DNA of 64,000 bases from an uncultured bacterium (GCA_963977015.1 CAXBMO010000006.1:256001-320000); one strand, 5' to 3'. Counted from the stretch's first letter, positions 48,146 through 58,624 are shown. Notes: generated from the sequence alone by a model not told the origin. Translations and numbers: made by a program.

Positions 48146-49219
48146 ATGAAGAATCTCATCAAGAAATTTGTGATCCCGTTCAGTGGAGTGGCCCTGCTGG
48201 TCGCGTCCCCGGTATCTGCGGAACTGTATGACTTGCAACTCAACGCTGAAGTCATCGTTCCGTCGCCGGAGGAAACACGAATCCAGCATTTGTCCTGGCC
48301 GAAGATCACCCGCACGAAGAGTGGAGTCTTGGTTCTCGCCTACAGCGCGGGAATCGGCCACAACCAGGGAGGGTCAGGGTTGGCGGTATCCATTTCAAAG
48401 GACGAGGGCCAAAGTTTCTCGCCCCCGAAGGTCCTGACCTATTTCCCGGATGATGATGATCGTTATGACGATATGGGGAACCTGGCCATGGGCACCAGTG
48501 AAGATGGCAAGTCCGTTCTGATCCTGGCGATGGGATTCAACAAGGAGAGAGGCAATACCGTCCTCGGATGGCGGTCGTCCGACGATGGAGAAACCTGGGA
48601 TCGAATCGATACGAACAACCTCGCCGAAAACAAAACCGGTTCGGTGTTTGGGCATGTCTTTCCGGTGCCCGGCAAGGGACTGGCGGTGTGTGGCCATTAT
48701 CGCAACCCCAAAGGGAATGGAATCTGGATCGCCTATTCAGAAGATGAGGGAGCCTCGTGGGGATCGCCTCATACCATCAGCGAGGAACGGTTTTTCGAGC
48801 CCGTGTTCATCTTTTCGCAGGATCGACTGATCGGACTGGTGCGTGAGAACGATGCCCATGCCTATCATCAGTTTGTCAGCGATGATCTTGGAGAGTCCTG
48901 GGAGTTCACCAGAACCGCAATTCAAGGTAACGCGAAAGCGGTCCATCCCAGCCCGTTTTTGGTTTCAGATCCCCGGAATCCTGATGTCCTCTACGCGTTG
49001 ATTTCAGAACGGGAACCGTCGCACCAAATTACGCTGTGGAAATCCAAGCCAAATCCGCTGGAGTGGAAACCCGTCTGCAAGGTCACCGAAGGCGGTGGCG
49101 ACTGGACCTATCCCTGGATGACCCATTTGGGTGGCAATGAGTGGTATCTTGTCTATTACCAGGGCGACAAGAAAGCTTCATCGATCTACGGAAGACGAGT
49201 GAGCATCCCGGAGAATTAA
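48146..49219 (+). CDS. Sialidase-like BNR repeat protein
   Basis: SKDEGQSF, SDDGETW, SEDEGASW, SDDLGESW, WTYP; signal peptide. Confidence 0.8.
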   Translation: MKNLIKKFVIPFSGVALLVASPVSAELYDLQLNAEVIVPSPEETRIQHLSWPKITRTKSGVLVLAYSAGIGHNQGGSGLAVSISKDEGQSFSPPKVLTYFPDDDDRYDDMGNLAMGTSEDGKSVLILAMGFNKERGNTVLGWRSSDDGETWDRIDTNNLAENKTGSVFGHVFPVPGKGLAVCGHYRNPKGNGIWIAYSEDEGASWGSPHTISEERFFEPVFIFSQDRLIGLVRENDAHAYHQFVSDDLGESWEFTRTAIQGNAKAVHPSPFLVSDPRNPDVLYALISEREPSHQITLWKSKPNPLEWKPVCKVTEGGGDWTYPWMTHLGGNEWYLVYYQGDKKASSIYGRRVSIPEN

Positions 49220-49271
49220 CAAGTCCCGGTAGCAAGTCGGCACCGCGTCCGGAAGTCGTGAGCCGTTCTTC

Positions 49272-51467
49272 TCAGTGATTGAAGGCGAACTCGGTGCTGT
49301 TGAGCAAACTCACGAAGATGTCGACATAGGGCTTCGGGTCTTTGGGGTTGTCCCCGACCAATTCCAGCAGGCTGGCCATTTCGTCGGCTCCCGGCTTGCG
49401 TGACAGAGCGCGAATGTAGATTTCTTCGAGGACTTCCTCCGCCGTTTTTCCGGCCCCAATCAGCTTCTGAACGATGAAGCCCTGAGCGACTTTCGGCTCA
49501 ATCGTCGATCCGACCAGGAGGTGCAGGGTTTGCGACAAGGTTGGTTCCGGCTTGGATTCGCAGGCGCAGATGGAAGCGCGACCCGAGCGGCCGAAGGTTT
49601 CGAAAAAGCTGTTTCCGTAGCCGCCAAGACCGGTCCCGCCGGGCGAGCGGGGATAATACTCAATTGCCGACGTTCCATCTGGAAAGTAGCTGAACCCGTA
49701 AGTCCCGCCGGTCGCTGCGAGGACCGTGTCCAGGAAGACGTCCGCCCGGAGACGCCGCAGGTGAGCCCGGGAAAACTGGCGGTTGTCCATCTGGTTGGTC
49801 GCGTTCGGCTCGAAGGAACGTTGGTAGGTCTGCGAGGTGCAGATGTCGCGAACCAGAGCGCGGAGATCGAACCCGGAATCGATGAAGTTTTTCGCCAGCG
49901 CGTCCATCAGGGCAGGGTTGGTCGGCGGGTTGCTGATCCGCAGGTCGTCGATCGGTTCGACGAGTCCGCGGTGGAAGAATTGCGCCCAGACACGGTTGGC
50001 GAAGTTCCGGGCAAAAAGGTCGTTGTCCGGCGAGGTCAGCCATTCCGCGAGCGCGACCCGTTGGTCGCCGCCTGTGGGGGCGGGCTCCAATCCGCCCAGC
50101 ACCTTGGCCGGCATCGGGCGCTCATCGACGAGGTGCTTGGCCGGCTTGGCCTTGAGGTCGTTATAGATGTAAAACTCCCTCGGTTCGGCGCCGATCTTGC
50201 GTTCGATCCCGGTGAAGAAACTGACGAACCCATAATAATCATCGATCGTCCAGCGGTCGAAGGGATGGTTGTGGCATTCGGCGCACTGAATCTGGATCCC
50301 GGTCATGAGCTGGGAAAAATCCGCCGCGAAGTTCTTCGGGGTAAACTTCGGGGCGTGAACCAGCATGGTATACAGGTTCGCGGGACCGTAAGTGAGGTTG
50401 CTACCGGTCGCGGTGATCTGTTCCGCGACGAACTCATCGATCGGCCGGTTTTCCTGGAACTGTTTCAGGATCCACTCGTAATAGGCGTTGGCGGCCTTCA
50501 CGTCGGTGGCGGTTGGTGTATAACCACCGCCCATCAGCCGGACGGACTCGGCCCAAAGCGCGGTCCAGAGTTTCGCGAACCGGTCCGCCGCAATCAACTC
50601 GTCGACCAACGCGTCGCGATCCGGGTTTTCCATGAACGCGTGATATTCTTCCACCGTCGGCGGAGCGCCGGTCAGGTCGAGATAAGCCCGGCGCAGAAAG
50701 GTCTCGTCGTCGCAGACTTCCGACGGCTGGATGTGCAGCTTCTGAAGCCGGTCGTAGACCAGTTCGTCAATGTAATTGGCCGCTTCCGCATCCTTCCACT
50801 CGAACTTGGATTCGGTGGGCAGGACGATGACCTCGGACCCGATCGTGAACCGGTTGAACCGGGCAAAGACGAAGGTGTCGCCGCGATTGCCGGGTTTCAC
50901 GAGGCCGTTCTCGTCGATCGAGACGGTGTCCGGATTGTTGGAGTGGAACAGCGCGAGGTTGGTCACGTCGCGGGTCGATCCGTCGGAATACTGGGCCGTG
51001 ACTTTGGTGGTGGCTTCTTTCTGTGAACCGTCGAAAACCAGGTTCTCCGGCTCAAGGTGGATCGCGACGGGCTGGGCAACATCGCCTTCGTCCTCAGGCG
51101 CGCCGGCGGCGATCCAATCGTGGAGCGAGCGGTAAAATTCTGAATCCTCGGTGAAACATTCGCCGCCGGTGTGGGGAACCTTGCCGGTGGCTTTGAGGAG
51201 CAAAAGACTCTTCTCCGGAACTGCGACATTGATGCGTCGGCCAACCATTTCCTGGGTGATCCGGTAATAGTCTCCGGGAGCGTCGTAACCAAAGAGCGAC
51301 AGCATGAACCCGTCCTTACCGCGAGCCGCTCCGTGGCAGCCTCCCGCGTTACACCCGGACCGGAAGAGGACCGGCATGACGTCTTTTTGAAAACTGGGAA
51401 CTTCCTCCGCCTGAGCGTCCCAGGTTAGGGCAGCCAAACTGATGATCGAGAAAAAGAGATGTTTCAT
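49272..51467 (-). CDS. DUF1549/DUF1553 protein with Ig-like domain
   Basis: GCNAGGCHG, FLRRAYLDLTG, CAECHNHPFDRW, ANRVW, EPIDD, EFAFNH. Confidence 0.9.
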   Translation of the reverse strand: MKHLFFSIISLAALTWDAQAEEVPSFQKDVMPVLFRSGCNAGGCHGAARGKDGFMLSLFGYDAPGDYYRITQEMVGRRINVAVPEKSLLLLKATGKVPHTGGECFTEDSEFYRSLHDWIAAGAPEDEGDVAQPVAIHLEPENLVFDGSQKEATTKVTAQYSDGSTRDVTNLALFHSNNPDTVSIDENGLVKPGNRGDTFVFARFNRFTIGSEVIVLPTESKFEWKDAEAANYIDELVYDRLQKLHIQPSEVCDDETFLRRAYLDLTGAPPTVEEYHAFMENPDRDALVDELIAADRFAKLWTALWAESVRLMGGGYTPTATDVKAANAYYEWILKQFQENRPIDEFVAEQITATGSNLTYGPANLYTMLVHAPKFTPKNFAADFSQLMTGIQIQCAECHNHPFDRWTIDDYYGFVSFFTGIERKIGAEPREFYIYNDLKAKPAKHLVDERPMPAKVLGGLEPAPTGGDQRVALAEWLTSPDNDLFARNFANRVWAQFFHRGLVEPIDDLRISNPPTNPALMDALAKNFIDSGFDLRALVRDICTSQTYQRSFEPNATNQMDNRQFSRAHLRRLRADVFLDTVLAATGGTYGFSYFPDGTSAIEYYPRSPGGTGLGGYGNSFFETFGRSGRASICACESKPEPTLSQTLHLLVGSTIEPKVAQGFIVQKLIGAGKTAEEVLEEIYIRALSRKPGADEMASLLELVGDNPKDPKPYVDIFVSLLNSTEFAFNH

Positions 51468-51476
51468 GGGGAAAAA

Positions 51477-53933
51477 TTAGTTGGATTCGAGGGCGGGATC
51501 GACGCGCAGGATGCCGTTGCCGCTTCGTTGGCGAATGATTTGTTCGCCTTCATGGACGGTGATCTCGCAGCCGATCTGGCTGTATTGACCTAACAACGCT
51601 TCCTGGGAGGCCTGGATCTTGAACGTCAGTTTCTCGTCGCCGGTCCGCAGTTTGGCCGGCTCTGCGGTGACGCCCTTTGGTAAGCCAAGCAGGGTGGCCT
51701 CGGCGTCGCCCTCGAACGGGTTTTTGTGGGTCACCTCGAACGTGAACTCCCCGGAAGCCTGACGCCGGATCGCAATCGGCTGGCTCCGAAGTTCCACGTA
51801 AGGTTCGGCGATCTTCAGGTCGAAAAACGGCGAGGAAACGCGGATGTCGCCGACGCCGTTGAAATAAGTGCCCCGCAAGGTCGTCGCCTGAAGCGCCACT
51901 TTCCAGGTTTTCGGAACGGCGTGAGCGCCGGCCTGGAAACTGTATTCCAGCTCGGTCTCGCCTTCTTCAAAACGCGCCGCGGGCTGGGCGGTGACGTGCA
52001 GCGGCGCCCAATACGCGTTGACCTCGACCGGCTCGGTAAATCCGGGTTCGCGATGCAGTTTCACCTTCACCTTCAACTCGCCGTTCTTGGAAAGCGGAAT
52101 TTCGGGCGGCTCGACCTCGAGCCGGAACGGCGCCGGATCGGTCACCGCGTAGGCGTATTGGTCAACAATCACGGTATGCCAGGCACGCCCACTCGAAATG
52201 CTCAGAAACGGCATGGCCTGCTGGCACTTCGAGTCCAATTCGACGCCGGGCTCGACCGGTTCCGCGACGATCCGAAACACGCCCGCCTGCGGCTCGGTTC
52301 CCGGCAGGGCGACGAACTGAACCGGAACCTGGCTCTGATTTTGAGGGACGACCGGCGCGATCATCTCGATTCCTTCCGGCAACCCGTGGGCCACGAGTCG
52401 GACATCGCCTTTCCAGAGATTGCCTTGGCCTTCGTAAAGTCGGACGTTCATCGTCCAGCGATTGTCCTGCGGAACGGTGATCGCGGTGAACTTGGAGCAT
52501 TCCGCGTTGCCGATGACCCGGGCGTAAATCCCGGTGTGAATCGCGTTCTCGACGGGCTCAATCTCAGTGCGGTAGACAAAGTGCGGCCCGCCCAACCCGC
52601 GCATGTCGGCGATCCGTAACTCGTATTCGCCGTCGTGCTCCGGCGTCCAGACGATCGACGGATCGAGCAGGTCAGGAAGGAGGAACGAACTCGCGGTCGC
52701 CCAGAAATCGCGCTCGGGATGGGTCGCGTCGTCCCCGGTCGTCTCCACTTCGCCGGATTCCAGGTGAACGATCTCGATCTGTGGGTCGAGCGGAGTTCCC
52801 AGACTCCGCGCGTAAACTCGCACCCGGTAAGTCTGGTCCTTGCTCGCCACGATTCGGAACCGGTCGGTCTCGGCGGTTTTGGAAATGATCCCGTTTAGCG
52901 CCACGGGCAGTTTGGGCGTCCCGTCTTCTCCTTCGAGCACGTTGGGATAGGGCGAAACTCGCATGGGCAAGGCCGAGGGCGCGCCTTCGAGGTATTCGAA
53001 ATCGCCGGAACGCGCGACGCCAGGAAACGTGATCTTCCGCTCCGCCGCTCCCGCCGGATCGCCCAGCAATGTGACCTTGGTCGACTCACCCGCCGGTCCG
53101 CCCGCGGGATAAACCGCCAACGGGCGCTCGAAATCGCCGATGTGAGCCAGGTAATGCACCCAACCCGCCCGCTTGTAGAGGCTCTGGCGGATCTCGATGA
53201 AATAATCGCCGTCTTCCGGCGCGAGAATCGACAAGATCGGATCCTGAATGTGCAACGCGCTGTCGTCGACCTCGGCGATCAGCTTGTCGGCCGCATTGTA
53301 GATTCGAATCGCGAGATCGAACTCCGATTCGCCGTAGTGCTTCTCCGTCAGGCGGACCGAATCGACCTCCACTGAAATGCGCTCGCCTTTTTTCCGCGAA
53401 ACCCGGTAGCGATCGAAATCCGACATTCCCTTGGGATCCATCTTCCCGAAAACCGTGACGGTTTCCCGGGGCAGTGCTTCCGCCTTCTCGGAGGTGTCGT
53501 TCTTTCCGTTGTGGTAGTCCGGTTCCTGTTCCCGATGAAGTGGATACGGGGTGACCCAGAAGGTCGAAAGCGTCGTCAACTGATCGCCGGTCCGCATTTT
53601 GAACTGGTGCTCGCCGATCGGACAATCCTCCGCGATGATGAACTTGGCGGAAACCTGATGTTGCACAGCATCCCGGGAATGGGCCAGAGAAATGGGACGT
53701 TCGAGATCCTCAATCCGTTTGATGTCAATCGCCTGGATTCCCGGCCGATAGAAAATGATCTCTCGTGGGTCATCCAGGAAATCTCCCTGAATCAAGACAT
53801 CCACCGTCGTGCCCTGCTGTCCCACCCGTGTTGGCACGAACTCGATGTGCCGGTTCTGGTCGGCGGGCATGTTCATGACGCCGAGGAAGGTGAGGAGGAG
53901 AGAGGGAAGGAGGAGAGGAGTTTTTCGCTTCAT
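51477..53933 (-). CDS. PVC-type PPC-domain multidomain secreted protein
   Basis: QGTTVDV, DFDRYRV, APEDGDYFIEIR, YPAGG, ALNGII; position between DUF1501 and DUF1549 genes. Confidence 0.7.
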   Translation of the reverse strand: MKRKTPLLLPSLLLTFLGVMNMPADQNRHIEFVPTRVGQQGTTVDVLIQGDFLDDPREIIFYRPGIQAIDIKRIEDLERPISLAHSRDAVQHQVSAKFIIAEDCPIGEHQFKMRTGDQLTTLSTFWVTPYPLHREQEPDYHNGKNDTSEKAEALPRETVTVFGKMDPKGMSDFDRYRVSRKKGERISVEVDSVRLTEKHYGESEFDLAIRIYNAADKLIAEVDDSALHIQDPILSILAPEDGDYFIEIRQSLYKRAGWVHYLAHIGDFERPLAVYPAGGPAGESTKVTLLGDPAGAAERKITFPGVARSGDFEYLEGAPSALPMRVSPYPNVLEGEDGTPKLPVALNGIISKTAETDRFRIVASKDQTYRVRVYARSLGTPLDPQIEIVHLESGEVETTGDDATHPERDFWATASSFLLPDLLDPSIVWTPEHDGEYELRIADMRGLGGPHFVYRTEIEPVENAIHTGIYARVIGNAECSKFTAITVPQDNRWTMNVRLYEGQGNLWKGDVRLVAHGLPEGIEMIAPVVPQNQSQVPVQFVALPGTEPQAGVFRIVAEPVEPGVELDSKCQQAMPFLSISSGRAWHTVIVDQYAYAVTDPAPFRLEVEPPEIPLSKNGELKVKVKLHREPGFTEPVEVNAYWAPLHVTAQPAARFEEGETELEYSFQAGAHAVPKTWKVALQATTLRGTYFNGVGDIRVSSPFFDLKIAEPYVELRSQPIAIRRQASGEFTFEVTHKNPFEGDAEATLLGLPKGVTAEPAKLRTGDEKLTFKIQASQEALLGQYSQIGCEITVHEGEQIIRQRSGNGILRVDPALESN

Positions 53934-54298
53934 AGAGTCCATTTCTTTGAGTCGCGTGCCATTGCGACCAGCATCGCGATGATCTCGTCGTATTCTTTGT
54001 AGAGGGCGGATGCCTCAGTCCGATCTAAATATTCGCATTCAACGGCGAATTGAATCCAGGTTTGAGTCTCAGCGGCTTCGGCTTCCGAATCGGAGAGCTT
54101 GGCAACAAAAGCGGCTTCGTATTTTCGTTTCCTCCATGCCTCCGCCAGATTCGCACAAACCGATCTCGACGATCTACGGCCTTGGTCCGTTAACGAATAG
54201 ACCTCCTCTTTCGGGAATTCTTTCGACGTCCTAAAAAACGCCATCGCCGCCTTGAAGGCCCGTTGAAAGACTTGCAGATCTGTATGCCTTGTTACCAT
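53930..54298 (-). CDS. Four-helix-bundle protein (23S rRNA IVP family)
   Basis: DLQVFQ, FPKEEVYSLTDQGRRSSRSVCANLAEAWRKR, EAAETQTW; ATGA overlap with the next gene. Confidence 0.92.
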   Translation of the reverse strand: MVTRHTDLQVFQRAFKAAMAFFRTSKEFPKEEVYSLTDQGRRSSRSVCANLAEAWRKRKYEAAFVAKLSDSEAEAAETQTWIQFAVECEYLDRTEASALYKEYDEIIAMLVAMARDSKKWTL

Positions 54299-54350
54299 GT
54301 GAAACGAAACTTTTTGGTTCCTCCCATCCTCTCGCCTCTCACCTCCTCCC

Positions 54351-55679
54351 CTAACCAATCAGCCCTTCCACCAACTTCCCGTCCTTGATAATCTCAATCG
54401 GCCGGGTTCCGAAGGCCAACAGCTCCTGGTTCGCGTCAATCCCGAGCTGGTGATAAACCGTAAACAGGAAATCCTCGAGGCTGACCGGATCGCGGGCTGG
54501 TTCCGAAGCGGTGGCGTCAGACGCGCCGTAAATCTGGCCGCGGGTGATGCCGCCACCGGCGAGAATCATCGAGTAAGAGCGGGCCCAGTGGTCGCGCCCG
54601 TTGTCCTTGTTGATCTTCGGCGTCCGACCGAATTCGGTCGTGATCATGACCAAGGTCGAATCCAGCATCCCGCGATTGTCGAGATCGGTGATCAGCCCGG
54701 AAATCGCGTGATCGAGCGCCGGCGACTTGTCTTCACAGGTGCCACGCACATCGACGTGGCAATCCCATCCACCGTAGTTCACCGAGACGAAACGCACGCC
54801 GGATTCCACGAGGCGCCGGGCGAGGAGGAGCCGCTCGTTGACGCGGGCGGGTTCGTTCCGGTATTTCAGGTTGTAACCGTGGCCGTAGAGGTCGCGGACC
54901 GAATCGGGCTCGTCTTCGAGCGAAAACGCCGCCTGAGCCTGGGGCGAACTGAGCAGGGTGTAGGCCTGCTGGTAGAAATCGTCCATCGTTCCCAGGGTTT
55001 CCGCCTGCGCATCGAGGCCGCGCAACCGGCTCTCCACAATGGCGCGGGCCGACTTGCGCCGCTCGAACTGCTCCATCGAAACGTTGTCGGGAATCGTGAA
55101 ATCGTTGACCTTGAACTCGCCGCGCCCCCCCGGATCCGCGCCGGTCTTGAACGCGCCGTATTTGCTGCTGAGATACCCCGTCCCGCCGGAAAACCCGTTC
55201 GTGCTGGGAATCGCGACGTAGGGCGGCAGGTTCTTGCGCGGGCCGAAGTGCTGTGACACCACCGCGCCCATTTGCGGGTAGTCGATTACCGTGGTTGGAA
55301 GGTAGCCGGTGTGAAGATGGTAGGTGGCCTGGTTGTGATCGGGAATCCGGCAGTTGCAGCTCCGCACCACCGTCAGTTTGTCGGCGATTTTCGCGGTCCG
55401 GGCGAAGTTCTCGCTGAACAACTCCCCGGTGTTGGTCTTCACCACATTGAAGGAACCGCGGTATTCGCCCGGAGCCTCCGGCTTGGGGTCAAACGACTCC
55501 TGGGCTGGGAAACCGCCGCCGAGGTTGAGGTGAATGATGCTTTTCGCGGGGCCTTCTTTCTTCGAGGTCGATTCGGCGCGAAGCAGGTCGGCCATCGAGA
55601 GGCCCAGGGCGCTGCAGGACCCGATCCGCAATGCAGCGCGGCGGGACAGGGAGCTGGAGAAGGATTTTTTGGCGTTCAT
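54351..55679 (-). CDS. DUF1501 domain-containing protein
   Basis: SRRAAL, AKSII, GG...ESFDPKP, LLARRLVESGVRFV, EFGRTP, GRDHW, AGGGI. Confidence 0.92.
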   Translation of the reverse strand: MNAKKSFSSSLSRRAALRIGSCSALGLSMADLLRAESTSKKEGPAKSIIHLNLGGGFPAQESFDPKPEAPGEYRGSFNVVKTNTGELFSENFARTAKIADKLTVVRSCNCRIPDHNQATYHLHTGYLPTTVIDYPQMGAVVSQHFGPRKNLPPYVAIPSTNGFSGGTGYLSSKYGAFKTGADPGGRGEFKVNDFTIPDNVSMEQFERRKSARAIVESRLRGLDAQAETLGTMDDFYQQAYTLLSSPQAQAAFSLEDEPDSVRDLYGHGYNLKYRNEPARVNERLLLARRLVESGVRFVSVNYGGWDCHVDVRGTCEDKSPALDHAISGLITDLDNRGMLDSTLVMITTEFGRTPKINKDNGRDHWARSYSMILAGGGITRGQIYGASDATASEPARDPVSLEDFLFTVYHQLGIDANQELLAFGTRPIEIIKDGKLVEGLIG

Positions 55680-55717
55680 CTTGGGAATGGGATCAGCAAC
55701 AAGGAGGTTTATGCCAG

Positions 55718-55746
55718 AGGACTCCGGCGGGGGTGAAAATCTGACA
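55718..55746 (-). promoter_or_regulatory. Putative ECF-sigma promoter, copy 1
   Basis: TGTCAGATT-N12-GGAGTCCT upstream of DUF1501; same motif and spacing at 57208-57236. Confidence 0.55.
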
Positions 55747-55751
55747 AATTT

Positions 55752-57137
55752 CTAGGAATCGACTCGGAAAAACTTCAGTTGGCCGGAGGAATTCCCCACA
55801 ACCAGGGTTTTCCCTTTCTCGGTCGCAACGACGACGGATTGAATCGGGGTTCCCCCGTCAAGTTCGTGCCGCCACCAGATCGTCTTTCCGCTCGCATCCC
55901 AAAGCCGGACCGCCTGGTCCCGGCCTGCGGTGAACAGGGTCCCGTCCGGGCCGAACTTCGCCGCGAGAATGCCGTTTGGCAGCTTGCCGTAGACGCCTTT
56001 CGGCCGGTGTGGTGGATGTGCGTTCTTCTTGGTAATCGCGGGCCAGCCGTCGGTGACGTCCCACCAGACCACGAGGCCGTCTTCCCCGACCGAGGCGAGC
56101 AGCTTGCTGTCGGAGCGCCAGTCCAGTGCGCGGACCGAGGCGGTGTGTTCCGCCAAGGTCAGGAGAATCCCGCCGCTTTTCGCATCCCAAAGATGAACGG
56201 CACCGGCGCGATCCGACGTCGCCAGGATCTTACCGTCCGGGCTGAACGCAGCCGCCGTGATCCAGTCGGTGTGCTTTTCGATCTTGTATTGCAGGGTCCC
56301 GTCGGTCGTGGAGTAGACCTTGACGACCTTGCCCGAGCCGCCCAACGCGACGAGCTGCTGGTCCGGGCTGAGGTCGGCGGCAAGCACCGCGTCGATCTCG
56401 TCACCGATCGCTGCAAGCCGCGAGCCGGTTTTCACGTCGAATAAAACCACTTTGCCGGATTCGACCGGCTGTCCTCCGGCCACCATCAGCACCGCGCCAT
56501 CGCGGCTGAACCGGATCACGTGGGGTACCCCTTCAGGGAACGGCAGCTTGCCGAGTTCCTCCTCGGTTTCCGCGTGCAACAGCCGGACGTGTTCCTGACC
56601 GGCCACCGCGAGCAACGGCGCCCACGGACTCGCGTCCATCGCCAGAACAGGGAGCGGGCGCACAATCTCCGGCACCTCGATTTCCGGCAAATTCTCCGGC
56701 ATCGCGGGATTCTCCGGCTTTCCGCCGGTAGTCGCCGCCGGCTGGAAGCTCAAATCCCGTGCCGCGACCATCGAGTCGCTCCCGGCGGATTCCCGCAGTC
56801 CGGTGTCGATCCATTTCTGGATCATCGCGATTTGCTCCTCCGGCATCGGCGGCTTGTTCGGCGGCATCCGGAAGTCGTCGTCGGCATCAACAATGATCTC
56901 GTAAAGCAGGCTCTGGCTCGAACGCCCCGCGACGACCAACTCGCCACCGCTGCCGCCTTTCAGGGTTCCCGCGTAACTCTGCAGGTTCAAATCCGCCTTC
57001 TGCTTGTCGTCGCCGTGGCACTTCAGGCAGTGCTGCCGGAAAATCGGCTTGATATGGTCGTTGTAAGTCACCGCGTCCTCATCTGCGCACAGACCGGCCA
57101 AGGGAAAGAGGGAACACAGAAGGAACAATCGTCTCAT
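55752..57137 (-). CDS. Planctomycete cytochrome c plus WD40 repeat protein
   Basis: IFRQHCLKCHG, MPP, WIDTG; WD40 repeats HTDWITAAAFSPDG, HTASVRALDW. Confidence 0.9.
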   Translation of the reverse strand: MRRLFLLCSLFPLAGLCADEDAVTYNDHIKPIFRQHCLKCHGDDKQKADLNLQSYAGTLKGGSGGELVVAGRSSQSLLYEIIVDADDDFRMPPNKPPMPEEQIAMIQKWIDTGLRESAGSDSMVAARDLSFQPAATTGGKPENPAMPENLPEIEVPEIVRPLPVLAMDASPWAPLLAVAGQEHVRLLHAETEEELGKLPFPEGVPHVIRFSRDGAVLMVAGGQPVESGKVVLFDVKTGSRLAAIGDEIDAVLAADLSPDQQLVALGGSGKVVKVYSTTDGTLQYKIEKHTDWITAAAFSPDGKILATSDRAGAVHLWDAKSGGILLTLAEHTASVRALDWRSDSKLLASVGEDGLVVWWDVTDGWPAITKKNAHPPHRPKGVYGKLPNGILAAKFGPDGTLFTAGRDQAVRLWDASGKTIWWRHELDGGTPIQSVVVATEKGKTLVVGNSSGQLKFFRVDS

Positions 57138-57207
57138 CGCTGGGGGATTTGTCATGGATCGTCGAAAAATGGCTGCCGGAAGTTGAGATCGAGCACCATT
57201 CAAACAC

Positions 57208-57236
57208 AGGACTCCTCAATCTGACAGAATCTGACA
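57208..57236 (-). promoter_or_regulatory. Putative ECF-sigma promoter, copy 2
   Basis: TGTCAGATT-N12-GGAGTCCT upstream of the WD40 gene. Confidence 0.55.
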
Positions 57237-57273
57237 AGTTTTTTTGAGAAGACTGCCGACTCAGCCGCGCAAT

Positions 57274-58608
57274 TCAAGTTCCCAAACCGTCGAGCCGCGT
57301 CTCCGCGTCGCCGAATTCCTCCGCGGTCACGCCCATGCGGTCGAGGAGGGAGAGGTGGAGGCGACAGAGGCGGCGATTCTCTTTCTCCGTGAAGTCCAGA
57401 ACCTGACCGCCTTTCACCGATCCGCCGCCGCGTCCGGCGAGGAGGACCGGAAGTTGCGTCGCGTCGTGCTTGTTGCCGTCCATGAGGCTGGAAAGAAGCA
57501 CGATCATGCTGTTATCGAGCAGGCTGCGGCCGCCTTCGTCGGTGGCGGCCATCTTTTTCAGCGCCTCGGCCCAGAGTCCGACGTTGAACTCGTTCATCTT
57601 CTGATACATGGCCATGTTTTCCGGGTTTCTCCCGTGATGGGAAAGGCCGTGGGAATGGCCGCGCACGCCTTCGAGGAAACCGTAGTCCATGCTGGAAAGA
57701 TCGTTGTTGATCATGAAGGTGGCGATGCGCGTCTTATCCATCTGGTAAGCCAAAACCATGATGTCGAACATCAGCCGCATGTGTTCCTCGACCGATTTCG
57801 GGATCGCGGCGTCGGGGCGGGGCATGGTGGCCTCGGTGACGGTGGGCTGCCAGCCCTGGCCGTTGGTTTCGACCTTGCTTAGCTTTTCGGCCTGCTCAAG
57901 ACGCTGCTCGAGTTCGCGAACGCTGGTCAGATACTCGTCGAGCTTGCGCTGATCGTGACCGCTGAGGTGTTTCTGAAGCGACTGGGCTTCGGCAAGGACG
58001 GAGTCGAGGATGCTGCGATTGCGCTGGCGATGTTCGCCGCTGTTGAAGAGGCGGTCGAAGGCGAGGCGCGGGTAGACTTCCTTCGGCGTTGGCGTGGTGG
58101 GTGAACTCCACGAGATGTGGCCGGAATAGAGCTGGGCGTAGCCGGCTTCCGTGCCTCCGCCGGAACCCTCCGTGCCGAGCACGAGACTGGATAGCTCCGT
58201 GGCCTGGCCGACCGTCCGCGCCGCCAATTGATCGACGGAAATCCCCACTTCCACGTCGGTGGTGGTGCGCTTCACGGTGAGACCGGAGAGAACGTTCATC
58301 TTCCCGTAGTGGCCCTCCGCGGTCTTGTGAGCCGTCTGATTGCTCAGGCCTTGGATGAGGGTCAACTGGTCCTTGATTGATTCGAGCGGGCGAAGCGTGT
58401 TCTTCAAGGTCAGACCGTTGGCGCCCTGTGTCGCGCCCCAGTGCTCGACGTTCACGCCGTTGCCCATGAAGACGAAACCGAGGCGTCGCGGGGCTTCCGA
58501 CCCGGCGGGCGTGGCGGCGAAGGTCCTGACGGATTCCATCCAGGGCAGTGCCATGGTGATGCCGAGTCCGCGGAGAAAGGTGCGACGGTTGGTGAATTGA
58601 GACTTCAT
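57274..58608 (-). CDS. DUF1552 domain-containing protein
   Basis: RRTFLRGLGITMALPWMES, MGNGV, SVDQL, DKTRIATF, HGLSHH, LPVLLAG. Confidence 0.92.
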   Translation of the reverse strand: MKSQFTNRRTFLRGLGITMALPWMESVRTFAATPAGSEAPRRLGFVFMGNGVNVEHWGATQGANGLTLKNTLRPLESIKDQLTLIQGLSNQTAHKTAEGHYGKMNVLSGLTVKRTTTDVEVGISVDQLAARTVGQATELSSLVLGTEGSGGGTEAGYAQLYSGHISWSSPTTPTPKEVYPRLAFDRLFNSGEHRQRNRSILDSVLAEAQSLQKHLSGHDQRKLDEYLTSVRELEQRLEQAEKLSKVETNGQGWQPTVTEATMPRPDAAIPKSVEEHMRLMFDIMVLAYQMDKTRIATFMINNDLSSMDYGFLEGVRGHSHGLSHHGRNPENMAMYQKMNEFNVGLWAEALKKMAATDEGGRSLLDNSMIVLLSSLMDGNKHDATQLPVLLAGRGGGSVKGGQVLDFTEKENRRLCRLHLSLLDRMGVTAEEFGDAETRLDGLGT

Positions 58609-58624
58609 GGGGTGAGATTGTTTA

